Source: an uncultured Bacilli bacterium | GTDB lineage: Bacteria > Bacillota_I > Bacilli_A > RF39 > UBA660 | DNA: 64,000 nucleotides | Direction: 5' to 3' | NCBI GenBank assembly: GCA_944371905.1 | Contig: CALVYA010000007.1 | Span: 452 to 64,451 of the forward strand | Part shown: positions 54,871 through 63,566 of the stretch, one piece after another | Position numbering within the stretch: position 1 is the stretch's first letter | How the letters are laid out: the number at the start of each line of letters is the position of its first letter | Program-made: the position numbers and the translations under genes | Notes under the pieces: model-generated | The model's database searches: none | Seen by the model: only the letters and a program-made list of their open reading frames with translations | What the model was told of the DNA's origin: nothing

Positions 54871-57102
54871 ATGAAAAAAGAACTTTTAAGTCCAGTTGGA
54901 AGTAGGGAAGCCTTATATCAAGCGATTCATAATGGTGCGGATGCTGTATATTTAGGTGGTAAAAAATTTGGCGCTAGAATGTTTGCTAATAATTTTGATA
55001 AAGAGGAAATAAAAAAAGCAATTGATTATTGTCATTTATATGGAGTAAAAATATATATTACAATTAATACAGTTGTTTTTGATAGTGAAATAGATGAATT
55101 TTTAGACTATGTAGAATATATTTATAAAAGCGGAGTCGATGCTGTGATTATGCAGGATATTGGAATGATTACTTTAGTTAGATCTAAGTTTCCTGATCTA
55201 GAGATTCATGCCTCTACGCAGGTTCATAATTACAATGAAGAAGGAATTAAATTATTAAAAAGTCTAGGAGTCACTAGAGTAGTATTAGCAAGGGAATTAT
55301 CTCTTGACGAAATTAACCATCTTCATGTTGACATAGAGAAAGAAATCTTTATTCATGGAGCACTTTGTGTATGTTTTTCAGGTTGTTGCTTATTTAGTAG
55401 TATGAATACCAATCGTAGTGGTAATAGAGGAGAATGTGTAGCATCTTGTAGATTACCATATAAGTTATATAAAAATAAGGAAGAAATTAAGACGGATGGA
55501 TATTATTTACTTAGTACTAAGGAGTTAAATACTAGTACAGAACTAAAGAAAATTTTGGATAGCGATATTACTAGTTTAAAGATCGAAGGAAGAATGAAGA
55601 GCCCTGAATATGTTGGCTTTATTACAAGATTTTATAGAAAATTAATGGATAATTATTATGAAAATAAAAGTTTGATGGTAAGTAGTAAAGATCTAGAAGA
55701 ATTAAAAACACTTTTCAATCGTGAATTCACTCGTGGATATTTATTTAATGCGTATGGAAAGGAGCTTATGAATATTAAAAGCCCCAACCATATTGGGTTA
55801 ACGATTGGACGAGTGATTAGTATAAATGATAAATATATCAAGATTAAGTTGGACCATGATTTATATCAAGAAGATGCTATTAAATTTCTTGGTATTGATA
55901 AGGGAATGGTTATTAATAAATTATATGATGATAAAATGTTGCTTACTAATCTTGTCAAAAAAGGAAATATTGCTATTATTGATAATAAAGTAGGTTTAAA
56001 TAGATTAGTAGATGTTGCTATTACTATTAGTAATCATCTTTTAAAAAAACTACAAAATTACGAAGAGAAGAAGATTGATGTTACTTTTGATGTAGAAGCA
56101 TTTATGGATAAACCTTTACTTGTTCATGTAAGTGATGGAAAAAATAATGTGGTAGTTTATGGCAATATTGTTCAGCAATCTATGAATCAACCAATTACTA
56201 AAGAAAATATTAATCGTCAATTATCTAAATTAGGAAATACTCCTTTTAGAGTACAAAATATAAAAATAAATATGGATAACCATATTTTTGTACCATTAAA
56301 AGAGTTAAATGAATTAAGACGAGATGCAGTCCAAAAACTAATAGCTAAAAGAGTAGAAGTTCCTTGTAAGAAAGTTTATGATACAGTAATATCTAGCCAT
56401 AAAAAAGTTATGAAAGATGTAAAACTAGGAATTCTAGTAAGAAATGAAGAACAATTGCTAGTATCTCTTTCTAATAACCTTGACTATATTTATGTAACGG
56501 ATTTTTTGCTTTATAATAAATATAAAGATCATTCTAATATTTATTTTAGAACGAATAGAGTTATTAGTACGTTTCCAGAGTTTTCTAATATGAATTTATT
56601 AATAACAGAATTAGGAGGAATACATAAATATACTAAAAATAATTATGTTTGTAGTGATTATTATTTAAATGTTACTAATAATGCTAGTATTAAATTATTA
56701 GAAGAGTTGGGGGTAAAAAGAGTAACGATCTCTCCTGAAGTAAAAGAGTTATCTTCTATTACTGCTCAGGTTGATGTAGAAATAGTGATTTATGGAAGAA
56801 TAGAATTAATGATTACTAAATATTGTCCTTTAAATATGCTAGTCAATAAAGATAATAAAAAATGTAATTTATGTTTTAGGAAAGATAACTATTATTTAAA
56901 AGATCAAAACAATCATGATTATCCATTAATACTAAATAATCACATTACTCACATTATGGATCATAAAAATATTAATTTAATTCATAATATAAAGGAATTC
57001 AAAAAAGTAGGTATTAATTGTTTTAGAATTGAATTACTGGATGAAAATTCTAAAGAAGTAGAAGAATTGATTAAAAAAATAAAGGAAGTTATATATGAAT
57101 GA
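54871..57102 (+). CDS. Peptidase U32 family protein, long form
   Basis: ELLSPVGSREALYQAIHNGADAVYLGGKKFGARMFANNF..GVKIYITINT..ASTQ is the canonical U32 N-terminus. A second U32-like C-terminal region follows. Confidence 0.85.
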   Translation: MKKELLSPVGSREALYQAIHNGADAVYLGGKKFGARMFANNFDKEEIKKAIDYCHLYGVKIYITINTVVFDSEIDEFLDYVEYIYKSGVDAVIMQDIGMITLVRSKFPDLEIHASTQVHNYNEEGIKLLKSLGVTRVVLARELSLDEINHLHVDIEKEIFIHGALCVCFSGCCLFSSMNTNRSGNRGECVASCRLPYKLYKNKEEIKTDGYYLLSTKELNTSTELKKILDSDITSLKIEGRMKSPEYVGFITRFYRKLMDNYYENKSLMVSSKDLEELKTLFNREFTRGYLFNAYGKELMNIKSPNHIGLTIGRVISINDKYIKIKLDHDLYQEDAIKFLGIDKGMVINKLYDDKMLLTNLVKKGNIAIIDNKVGLNRLVDVAITISNHLLKKLQNYEEKKIDVTFDVEAFMDKPLLVHVSDGKNNVVVYGNIVQQSMNQPITKENINRQLSKLGNTPFRVQNIKINMDNHIFVPLKELNELRRDAVQKLIAKRVEVPCKKVYDTVISSHKKVMKDVKLGILVRNEEQLLVSLSNNLDYIYVTDFLLYNKYKDHSNIYFRTNRVISTFPEFSNMNLLITELGGIHKYTKNNYVCSDYYLNVTNNASIKLLEELGVKRVTISPEVKELSSITAQVDVEIVIYGRIELMITKYCPLNMLVNKDNKKCNLCFRKDNYYLKDQNNHDYPLILNNHITHIMDHKNINLIHNIKEFKKVGINCFRIELLDENSKEVEELIKKIKEVIYE

Positions 57103-57409
57103 GTTATTACAAGAAAAAATGGATGAATTATTTACTGAATTAGATCAAACGAAAGAAATACAAAGGTTAAAAGAGTTAAAAAGATCAATATTAAACGATG
57201 AGAAGTTAAAAAAATTATTAGAAGACTATCGTAACAATTCTAATTTATATAATCCTAAAACCATAGAAATGAAACGTCAAATAATCAATGCTCCGATCAT
57301 TCAAGAATATCATTTATTGGAGGATGAATTATATTTTTCTATATTAGAAATTAATCGAAAATTAGAGACATTATTTCATAAAAAGAGGTGTGATGATGAG
57401 AATTATTAG
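57095..57409 (+). CDS. ylbF: YlbF/YmcA-family regulatory protein
   Basis: 104-aa helical protein with the family pattern (..IQRLKELKRSILNDEKLKKLLEDYR..). It sits upstream of rsmD as in Bacillus. Confidence 0.6.
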   Translation: MNELLQEKMDELFTELDQTKEIQRLKELKRSILNDEKLKKLLEDYRNNSNLYNPKTIEMKRQIINAPIIQEYHLLEDELYFSILEINRKLETLFHKKRCDDENY

Positions 57410-57941
57410 TGGAACATTAAAAGGAAGAGTAGTGAAAGGCTATGATGTCGATGGTACTCGCCCTACGATGGATAGAGTTAAAGAATCTGTATTTAGTATG
57501 ATTCAAAATAAAATAGAGGATGCTACGGTTTTAGATCTTTTTGCTGGGAGTGGTAATTTAGGAATAGAAGCTATTAGCAATGGTAGTAAAGTATGTTATT
57601 TTAATGACTTAAATAAAGAGTGTATAAAAGTAATGAACAATAATCTGAAAGAGTTTAACATTGCTGATAAGTCAGTAGTATTAAATCAAGATTATAAAAG
57701 ATGTTTGGATTATTTAAAAGAAAAGGCTTTATCTTTTGATCTTATTTTTTTAGATCCTCCTTATAGAATGGAATGTCTTAATGAAGTAATAGAAAAAATT
57801 TTAGAAAATAATTTATTAAAAGACAAAGGACTAATTATCTGTGAGATTAGTTATGATTATTTATATGATTTTGCAGGATTAGAAAAAATAAAAAAGCGTA
57901 AATATGGAGACAAAATAGTTATTATATTAAAAAATAAATAG
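57396..57941 (+). CDS. rsmD: 16S rRNA (guanine966-N2)-methyltransferase RsmD
   Basis: MRIISGTLKGR, TRPTMDRVKESVFSMI, VLDLFAGSGNLGIEA, and FLDPPY. Confidence 0.9.
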   Translation: MRIISGTLKGRVVKGYDVDGTRPTMDRVKESVFSMIQNKIEDATVLDLFAGSGNLGIEAISNGSKVCYFNDLNKECIKVMNNNLKEFNIADKSVVLNQDYKRCLDYLKEKALSFDLIFLDPPYRMECLNEVIEKILENNLLKDKGLIICEISYDYLYDFAGLEKIKKRKYGDKIVIILKNK

Positions 57942-57985
57942 TGTATTATTTATTTTTTTTTGGTATAATTACCATAGGTGATGGT

Positions 57986-58933
57986 ATGAGGCTTAATAAT
58001 AGAGGATTTGCTGTATCAACTATTCTTTATGGTATATTATCTTTAACTATTATAATTTTAATGCTCATTTTTGGTATGATGAAATCTAGTAAGGATTTAA
58101 ATCAAGAATTAGTAAGTAATATTGAAGAAGATGTCAATGAATGTGTTACTAGTGAAGTAGAATTAGAATCTTGTTATTTTAATGGTGGTGTTTGTGATCC
58201 TAGTGAATATTATAGTTGTATTGGAAAAGAAACGAAACTTACTACTTTAGCGGATGTTGTTCAAATAGGAGATTATGTAAACTATGATGCTGGTATTTGG
58301 ACTTCTACAGTTGCTACGCCAACTAGTGCGTCTCCTTTTACTTTTGGCGGATATACCGCGGGAAGTAGTAGAAATAATAGTTCTTCTTGTTTGCAAGGAA
58401 CTAATTATAATGGATGGCGTGTATTATCTGTAGAGGATGATGTAGTAAAATTGATTCATGCAGGAATACCAGAATGTATGTATGTTAATTTTTCTAATAC
58501 AGCTCCTAATCGTGTGAACAATTATTTAAATATTATTACAGGCTCATCTTCTGGAGATATAGATACAACGCTTCCTTCTACTCCTAAAGATTGGAGCATT
58601 TATGTGAATACTGATTATGCAACTAATGCTTATTTAGTAAATAAAATAGAATTAAATGCATGGTATAATCAAGCTTATCATAATTCTTCGGATATATCTT
58701 ATGCGACTGTGACTAGTGATTTAATTCATATAAGAACGAATTATTTGATTTCTGATCTTTATAATTATACTAGTTATTATGTTTATAATGATAATAATAA
58801 TTATTCAGTAATTTCTATGGCGGGAAATGGAATATTTGGTATTCGTCCGGTTGTTGTATTAAAATCTGGTATTAGAACTAGTGGATCTATTACTAACACA
58901 AATGGTAATAAAGAATGGATATTAATTAAATAG
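57986..58933 (+). CDS. Secreted protein with prepilin-like leader and a distant copy of the RPV..LK module
   Basis: MRLNNRG|FAVSTILYGILSLTIIILMLIF resembles a class III (prepilin) signal but has T, not E, at +5. The body has IGDYVNYDAGIW, NGWRVLSVEDDVVKLIHAGI and GIRPVVVLKSG, echoing 1..2240 and 52532..54169. ATG 57986 lies behind aggtga. Confidence 0.55.
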   Translation: MRLNNRGFAVSTILYGILSLTIIILMLIFGMMKSSKDLNQELVSNIEEDVNECVTSEVELESCYFNGGVCDPSEYYSCIGKETKLTTLADVVQIGDYVNYDAGIWTSTVATPTSASPFTFGGYTAGSSRNNSSSCLQGTNYNGWRVLSVEDDVVKLIHAGIPECMYVNFSNTAPNRVNNYLNIITGSSSGDIDTTLPSTPKDWSIYVNTDYATNAYLVNKIELNAWYNQAYHNSSDISYATVTSDLIHIRTNYLISDLYNYTSYYVYNDNNNYSVISMAGNGIFGIRPVVVLKSGIRTSGSITNTNGNKEWILIK

Positions 58934-58996
58934 TAAAAGTTGATTAATAAAAGATGAATAATTATTATATGATGATAGTAGTAGGGAGTGTTAACA

Positions 58997-59932
58997 ATGA
59001 TGGAAAAGAATAAAAAACGTTTGATAAAAGTTTTAAAATATACTTTTATTATTATAGGAATCATATTTTTAGTTAGTTTTATTTCTAACACTGTAGTTTT
59101 AGCGGATGTGGGAAATAATAATCGATATGATACAACTGATAGTAGTAGTAGCTATTCTGGGGGAGGGGATTTCTATTTTGATTTTGGATGGATAATATAT
59201 ATTTTATTTGAATTATTTGGACCTATTCCCGGAATTATTCTGTTATTGATTTTATTAGGAGTATTTATTTGGGCTAGTAAAACAGGAAGACTAAAAAAAT
59301 TTGCTAAACAAGTATCACATGCTAGTCATACTAATTTACATTCAGAACCAATTGGGGTAGATAATACTAATATGGTGGCTAATAAAATAAGAGAAATAGA
59401 TCCTAATTTCTCTGAAGATGATTTTCTGGGCTGGGTTAGAGAAGTGTTTTTAAAAATGCAACAAGCATGGACGGAACGTAATTGGAAAATAATAAGACCA
59501 TTTGAAAGTGAAGAGTTGTTTAGTCAACACAATGCTCAATTAGAAGAATATATAAGAAATAATAAAATTAATAAAGTAGAGAAGATCAATATTAATTTTT
59601 GTACCTTACGTGATTTCAAAATAGATGGTGATAAAGAAGTATTGACGGTAGAGTTACATGCTATTATGCGAGATTACGTGGTAGATGCAACTACAAATAA
59701 GGTTTTGGAAAGTGATCCAAATAAAGATTGGCATATGAATTATTTCATGACTTTTAACCGTAAAGTAGGAGTAAAAACAGAAGCTGGAATCAGTAATAAA
59801 TCAACAACCAATTGTCCTAATTGTGGTGCACCTACAGAAATTACTTCAGCAGGACAATGTGAATATTGTAAAAGTGTGATTACAACTGGAGATCATGATT
59901 GGGTATTAAGCGATATTAGATCAATTCATTAA
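58997..59932 (+). CDS. Membrane protein with Tim44-like domain and C-terminal zinc ribbon
   Basis: Two hydrophobic segments, then FLGWVREVFLKMQQAWTERNW..RPFESEELF (Tim44-like pattern), then CPNCGAPTE..CEYCKS. Confidence 0.6.
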   Translation: MMEKNKKRLIKVLKYTFIIIGIIFLVSFISNTVVLADVGNNNRYDTTDSSSSYSGGGDFYFDFGWIIYILFELFGPIPGIILLLILLGVFIWASKTGRLKKFAKQVSHASHTNLHSEPIGVDNTNMVANKIREIDPNFSEDDFLGWVREVFLKMQQAWTERNWKIIRPFESEELFSQHNAQLEEYIRNNKINKVEKININFCTLRDFKIDGDKEVLTVELHAIMRDYVVDATTNKVLESDPNKDWHMNYFMTFNRKVGVKTEAGISNKSTTNCPNCGAPTEITSAGQCEYCKSVITTGDHDWVLSDIRSIH

Positions 59933-59959
59933 TGTAAATAAAAAAAGGAGGATATGAAT

Positions 59960-61168
59960 ATGGGATTAATTAAAGCAGCTATTGGAGCTATTGGAGGTAC
60001 TTTAGGCGATCAATGGCAAGACTTAGTAAAATGTGAGGATATGGGGAATGATATCCTAATGGTAAAGAAAACAACTAAAAGTGGTCAAATTTCTAAAGGA
60101 AGTAGAATTATTGTAGGACCAAGTCAAGTAGCAGTTATTTATGATTCTGGTAGAATTTTAGATGCTACTGCGGAAGAAGGAGTTTATGAATTTGATGAAT
60201 CAAGTTCACCTTCGTTTTTTGGAGGTAATTTTGGTGCAGTGTTTAAAGAAATGTGGCAAAGATTTACTTATAATGGAACGCCAGCCAAAGAACAGGCTAT
60301 TTTTTACTTTAATACTAAAGAAATACTAGATAATAAATTTGGAACAGCATCACCAATTCCTTTTCAAGATTGGTCACACGCGATTCCTAACCAAATGACG
60401 GGGACGCTTGCTCCTATGGCGGTAAAGGTAAGATGTTATGGAAAGTATACATTTAAAATTGATCAAGTAGATGTATTTATGAGAAATCACGCAGGGGTTA
60501 GTGACATTGTAACGAAAGATGTTTTGGTAGAACAGATGGATTCTGAAGTAAAAGGTGCATTTCAAAATGTGTTAAATGAATTAGGAAATAGTACTTATAA
60601 AGTACCAGTATTAGAATTACCTAGTAATACCGATGAAATTAAAGAGATGATGGATAAAAATGTTTTCGACGAACCAATCAGGAATCGTGGAATCAAATTA
60701 GTTGGATTTGTTATTGAATCTGTATCATTAGACGAAGAAAGTGATAAGAAAATTTCGCAATATGAAATGAGTTCGAATGCTTTCATGCAACAAGGTGCTG
60801 TGATTGGTGCTATGCAAGATGCTGCTAATAATAGTGCTGGTTCAGCTACGGGCTTCATGGGAGTTGGTATGATGAATATGGCTTCTAGTACTGGAATGAT
60901 GGGAAGTGCTGTACAAAATGCTTTTTCTGCCCAAGGAGCATCTACTACTAGTAGTCCAGTAGATCCTTATCATAAAAATGCGTCTGTTGCTAACTCTACT
61001 TCTAACCAAGAGACAACTAAAACAATATGTAAAAATTGTGGAAAAGAAGTAATTGGTAAATTCTGTTCCGAATGTGGAACTCCTGTAGAAGAAGTAAAAA
61101 AATGTCCTAATTGTAATATGGAAGCAACAGGTAAATTCTGTAGTAATTGTGGTACTAAAATAGAATAA
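59960..61168 (+). CDS. SPFH/band-7-like protein of the YdjI (virion-core-like) family with a double zinc ribbon
   Basis: MGLIKAAIGAIGGTLGDQW..ILMVKK..GSRIIVGPSQVAVIYDSGRILD..GVYEF fits the YdjI/COG4260 family. The C-terminus has CKNCGKEV..CSECGT and CPNCNMEA..CSNCGT. Confidence 0.65.
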   Translation: MGLIKAAIGAIGGTLGDQWQDLVKCEDMGNDILMVKKTTKSGQISKGSRIIVGPSQVAVIYDSGRILDATAEEGVYEFDESSSPSFFGGNFGAVFKEMWQRFTYNGTPAKEQAIFYFNTKEILDNKFGTASPIPFQDWSHAIPNQMTGTLAPMAVKVRCYGKYTFKIDQVDVFMRNHAGVSDIVTKDVLVEQMDSEVKGAFQNVLNELGNSTYKVPVLELPSNTDEIKEMMDKNVFDEPIRNRGIKLVGFVIESVSLDEESDKKISQYEMSSNAFMQQGAVIGAMQDAANNSAGSATGFMGVGMMNMASSTGMMGSAVQNAFSAQGASTTSSPVDPYHKNASVANSTSNQETTKTICKNCGKEVIGKFCSECGTPVEEVKKCPNCNMEATGKFCSNCGTKIE

Positions 61169-61246
61169 AGAGAAGTTCTCTTTATTTTTTTAAAAATTCT
61201 TTTAATAGAGATTTATTATGTTATAATTATAATAGGGTGATAGTAG

Positions 61247-62089
61247 ATGATGAAAAAAGATAAGAAGAAAAAAGATGTGGGGGAGGATTATTCTAATTTT
61301 GCATTACGATTGGTTTTGATATGTACTATCTTAATTTTAGGTAGTAGTATTATTTTTGCCTTTAGAAATAATTTTATAGAGGATGATAAGAAAAAAGAAG
61401 AGATGGAAGTTGACCAAGAATTAATTGATTTATTATATAGTTATGTGGCTTATGGTAAGGAAATAAAATCAATGCAATACTTTTATGTTAATGATACTTT
61501 AACGAAAGATACTTTTGATAACTTTGAAAAAGTGAAATATGCTTTTCAATTAGTAAATGAAAATAATGTTAACGATTTAACCGAAACAGGATTTACTATT
61601 GATAAAGATACTTATCAAAAATTAGTTAATACTATCTTTGGCCAAGATTCTGAAATTGAGAACGCAAAAGAGTTTGAAGTTATTAGTACTAATGTTTTAA
61701 AAGATAGTATTGTCAATGTAAAATATGCTGAAACACAAAATAAGTATATTGTGACTAAAATAAAAGATTTTGACAGGCCAATGATTTCTCCTGTATATAC
61801 TAAAGTAATTGATTCAGCAGTAGATAGTACTAATAATACAATTATTATTAAAGAAAAAGTTATTTTTACATCGGTAGATTATGATAAAGAAGGACATGTT
61901 TCTAACATAAAAGTTTATAAAGATAGTTTTCATCAAAAATTAATAAAGGAAGTAACCACTCATGTTAACTATCCAATGGAAGAGTTCAATTTTGAGAATT
62001 ATTTAGAGGATGCTATTACAGTAACTTATACTTTTAAGCTTAGTGATGATGGAAATTATTATTTCGAAAGTAGTAAAATAGAAGAGTGA
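61247..62089 (+). CDS. Membrane-anchored protein, unknown function
   Basis: A Lys-rich N-terminus, one TM, and an extracytoplasmic body. No family recognised. Confidence 0.45.
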   Translation: MMKKDKKKKDVGEDYSNFALRLVLICTILILGSSIIFAFRNNFIEDDKKKEEMEVDQELIDLLYSYVAYGKEIKSMQYFYVNDTLTKDTFDNFEKVKYAFQLVNENNVNDLTETGFTIDKDTYQKLVNTIFGQDSEIENAKEFEVISTNVLKDSIVNVKYAETQNKYIVTKIKDFDRPMISPVYTKVIDSAVDSTNNTIIIKEKVIFTSVDYDKEGHVSNIKVYKDSFHQKLIKEVTTHVNYPMEEFNFENYLEDAITVTYTFKLSDDGNYYFESSKIEE

Positions 62090-62117
62090 TCTTCTGTTTT
62101 TTTGTAAAAAAAAGAAC

Positions 62118-63026
62118 TTAGAAAATACAAGTTCTCAATATTCTTTCCGTGTTTTTAAAATTAAGTTTAGCGATATCATGTAATTTATCCTTTCCATATT
62201 TTTCAACTACCTCCATACCAATGGTATCAACCGCATTACCAGCTCCTTTAGGAAGAGGTATATGAATAGAGTCGCTTAACTTATCAAATTCTTTTATGAA
62301 AATATAACGACTAATGATAGAAGCACATGCTACTGCTAAATTTTTGTCTTCGGCTTTAGTCATAAAAGTAATGCCTCGTTGGATATTAGGGGATTCTTTT
62401 ATATAATCGTAATATCTTTGCTCTCTTGCAAATTCGTCTACTATAATGTAATCATAAGTTTCTTGAATTGAATGAGTCATTTGAAATAGGACTTTATTAT
62501 GCATGATTGCCTTAATTTTATTAATATTATAAGAATCATTATATTTATCGTTATATTCGCTATTAGTTAAGATAATACTTTTGTATGGTATTTTTTTGAT
62601 GATTTCTGGAGCGATTTTACTAATTTTATTATCATCTAATTTTTTAGAATCTTTAATTCCTAATGACTCTAAATAAGGAATGTTATCTTTATTTACATAA
62701 CAACTAGTAACAACAATGGGTCCAAAATAGTCTCCCGTGCCAACTTCATCAGATCCAATAGAGGAGCAATGATAATATTTACCTAAATCTTTAGACTTAG
62801 CAGTATCATTAGCGTTTTGACCATCCATTTCTTTCCACATAGTAGCGTCTACATCGGCAGAAGATCCTTGGAACATAATTTTACCAGATTCATACATTGT
62901 AATAACAGTATCTTCATCTTGTGCTTGAAATACTACGTAAGGAATTATTTTGTCTCTTTTTTTATTAGCATAGTATTTAATCATTTTTTCTCTTGTTTTA
63001 TCACTTACTCTAATTACAACGTTCAT
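62118..63026 (-). CDS. rnhC: Ribonuclease HIII
   Basis: The N-terminal domain VVFQAQDEDTVITMYESGKIMFQG and the catalytic GSDEVGTGDYFGPIVV..KDSKKL..ASIISRY are colinear with B. subtilis RnhC. Confidence 0.9.
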   Translation of the reverse strand: MNVVIRVSDKTREKMIKYYANKKRDKIIPYVVFQAQDEDTVITMYESGKIMFQGSSADVDATMWKEMDGQNANDTAKSKDLGKYYHCSSIGSDEVGTGDYFGPIVVTSCYVNKDNIPYLESLGIKDSKKLDDNKISKIAPEIIKKIPYKSIILTNSEYNDKYNDSYNINKIKAIMHNKVLFQMTHSIQETYDYIIVDEFAREQRYYDYIKESPNIQRGITFMTKAEDKNLAVACASIISRYIFIKEFDKLSDSIHIPLPKGAGNAVDTIGMEVVEKYGKDKLHDIAKLNFKNTERILRTCIF

Positions 63027-63110
63027 AATTACACCTCAAAAACATTATATCAGAAATTACGATAGGAAAAAAGGTAATTTTAAAATTCTAGTTTTTATTT
63101 ATCAAAAATA

Positions 63111-63139
63111 TTGACTTAAAAATTATAATAGTATATAAT
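63111..63139 (+). promoter_or_regulatory. Promoter for the tRNA-Ile2/tRNA-Leu pair
   Basis: TTGACT (63111-63116), a 17-nt spacer, then TATAAT (63134-63139). Confidence 0.6.
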
Positions 63140-63215
63140 TAATTTCGAGTTTGATAACCGTATGCTCTAAAGATTAGAAAACCGGATTGTCAAGGCTCAG
63201 AAACCTTTATTTTAG

Positions 63216-63292
63216 GGACCCTTAGCTCAGTTGGTTAGAGCATCCGGCTCATAACCGGACGGTCATAGGTTCGAGTCCTATAGGGTCCACCA
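63216..63292 (+). tRNA. tRNA with CAU anticodon, probably tRNA-Ile2 (lysidine)
   Basis: GGACCCTTAGCTCAGTTGGTTAGAGCATCCGGCTCATAACCGGACGGTCATAGGTTCGAGTCCTATAGGGTCCACCA. The C4-G69 and C5-G68 pairs and overall similarity to Firmicute tRNA-Ile(CAU) favour Ile2 over Met. Confidence 0.6.
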
Positions 63293-63300
63293 TTTATTTT

Positions 63301-63384
63301 GCGGGTATGGCGGAATTGGCAGACGCACTAGACTTAGGATCTAGCGCCTTAGGCATGCAGGTTCAACTCCTGTTACCCGCACCA
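63301..63384 (+). tRNA. tRNA-Leu (anticodon UAG)
   Basis: GCGGGTATGGCGGAATTGGCAGACGCACTAGACTTAGGATCTAGCGCCTTAGGCATGCAGGTTCAACTCCTGTTACCCGCACCA. It has a long variable arm and anticodon loop CTTAGGA. The hairpin agaactt..aagttct plus a T-run follow at about 63431-63460. Confidence 0.85.
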
Positions 63385-63566
63385 TAAGAGTTTAATCTGA
63401 ACCTTTAGAGGAATCGGATAATTTATAAATAGAACTTGTCAAAAGTTCTTTTTTATTACTCTATTATAATGATTAAAAATTTTTATAATAATGTAGGATA
63501 TATTGTAGTTAGTAAAGACTAATTAAATTAATAAGGATACATATTTATGTATCCTTTATTAAGTGT

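Noticed and set aside
57953-57961. T9 run in front of the extended -10 of 57986..58933 as a second phase-variation tract.
   Set aside because: T and A runs of this length are common throughout this AT-rich window, so it is not distinctive. It is mentioned only inside the related finding.
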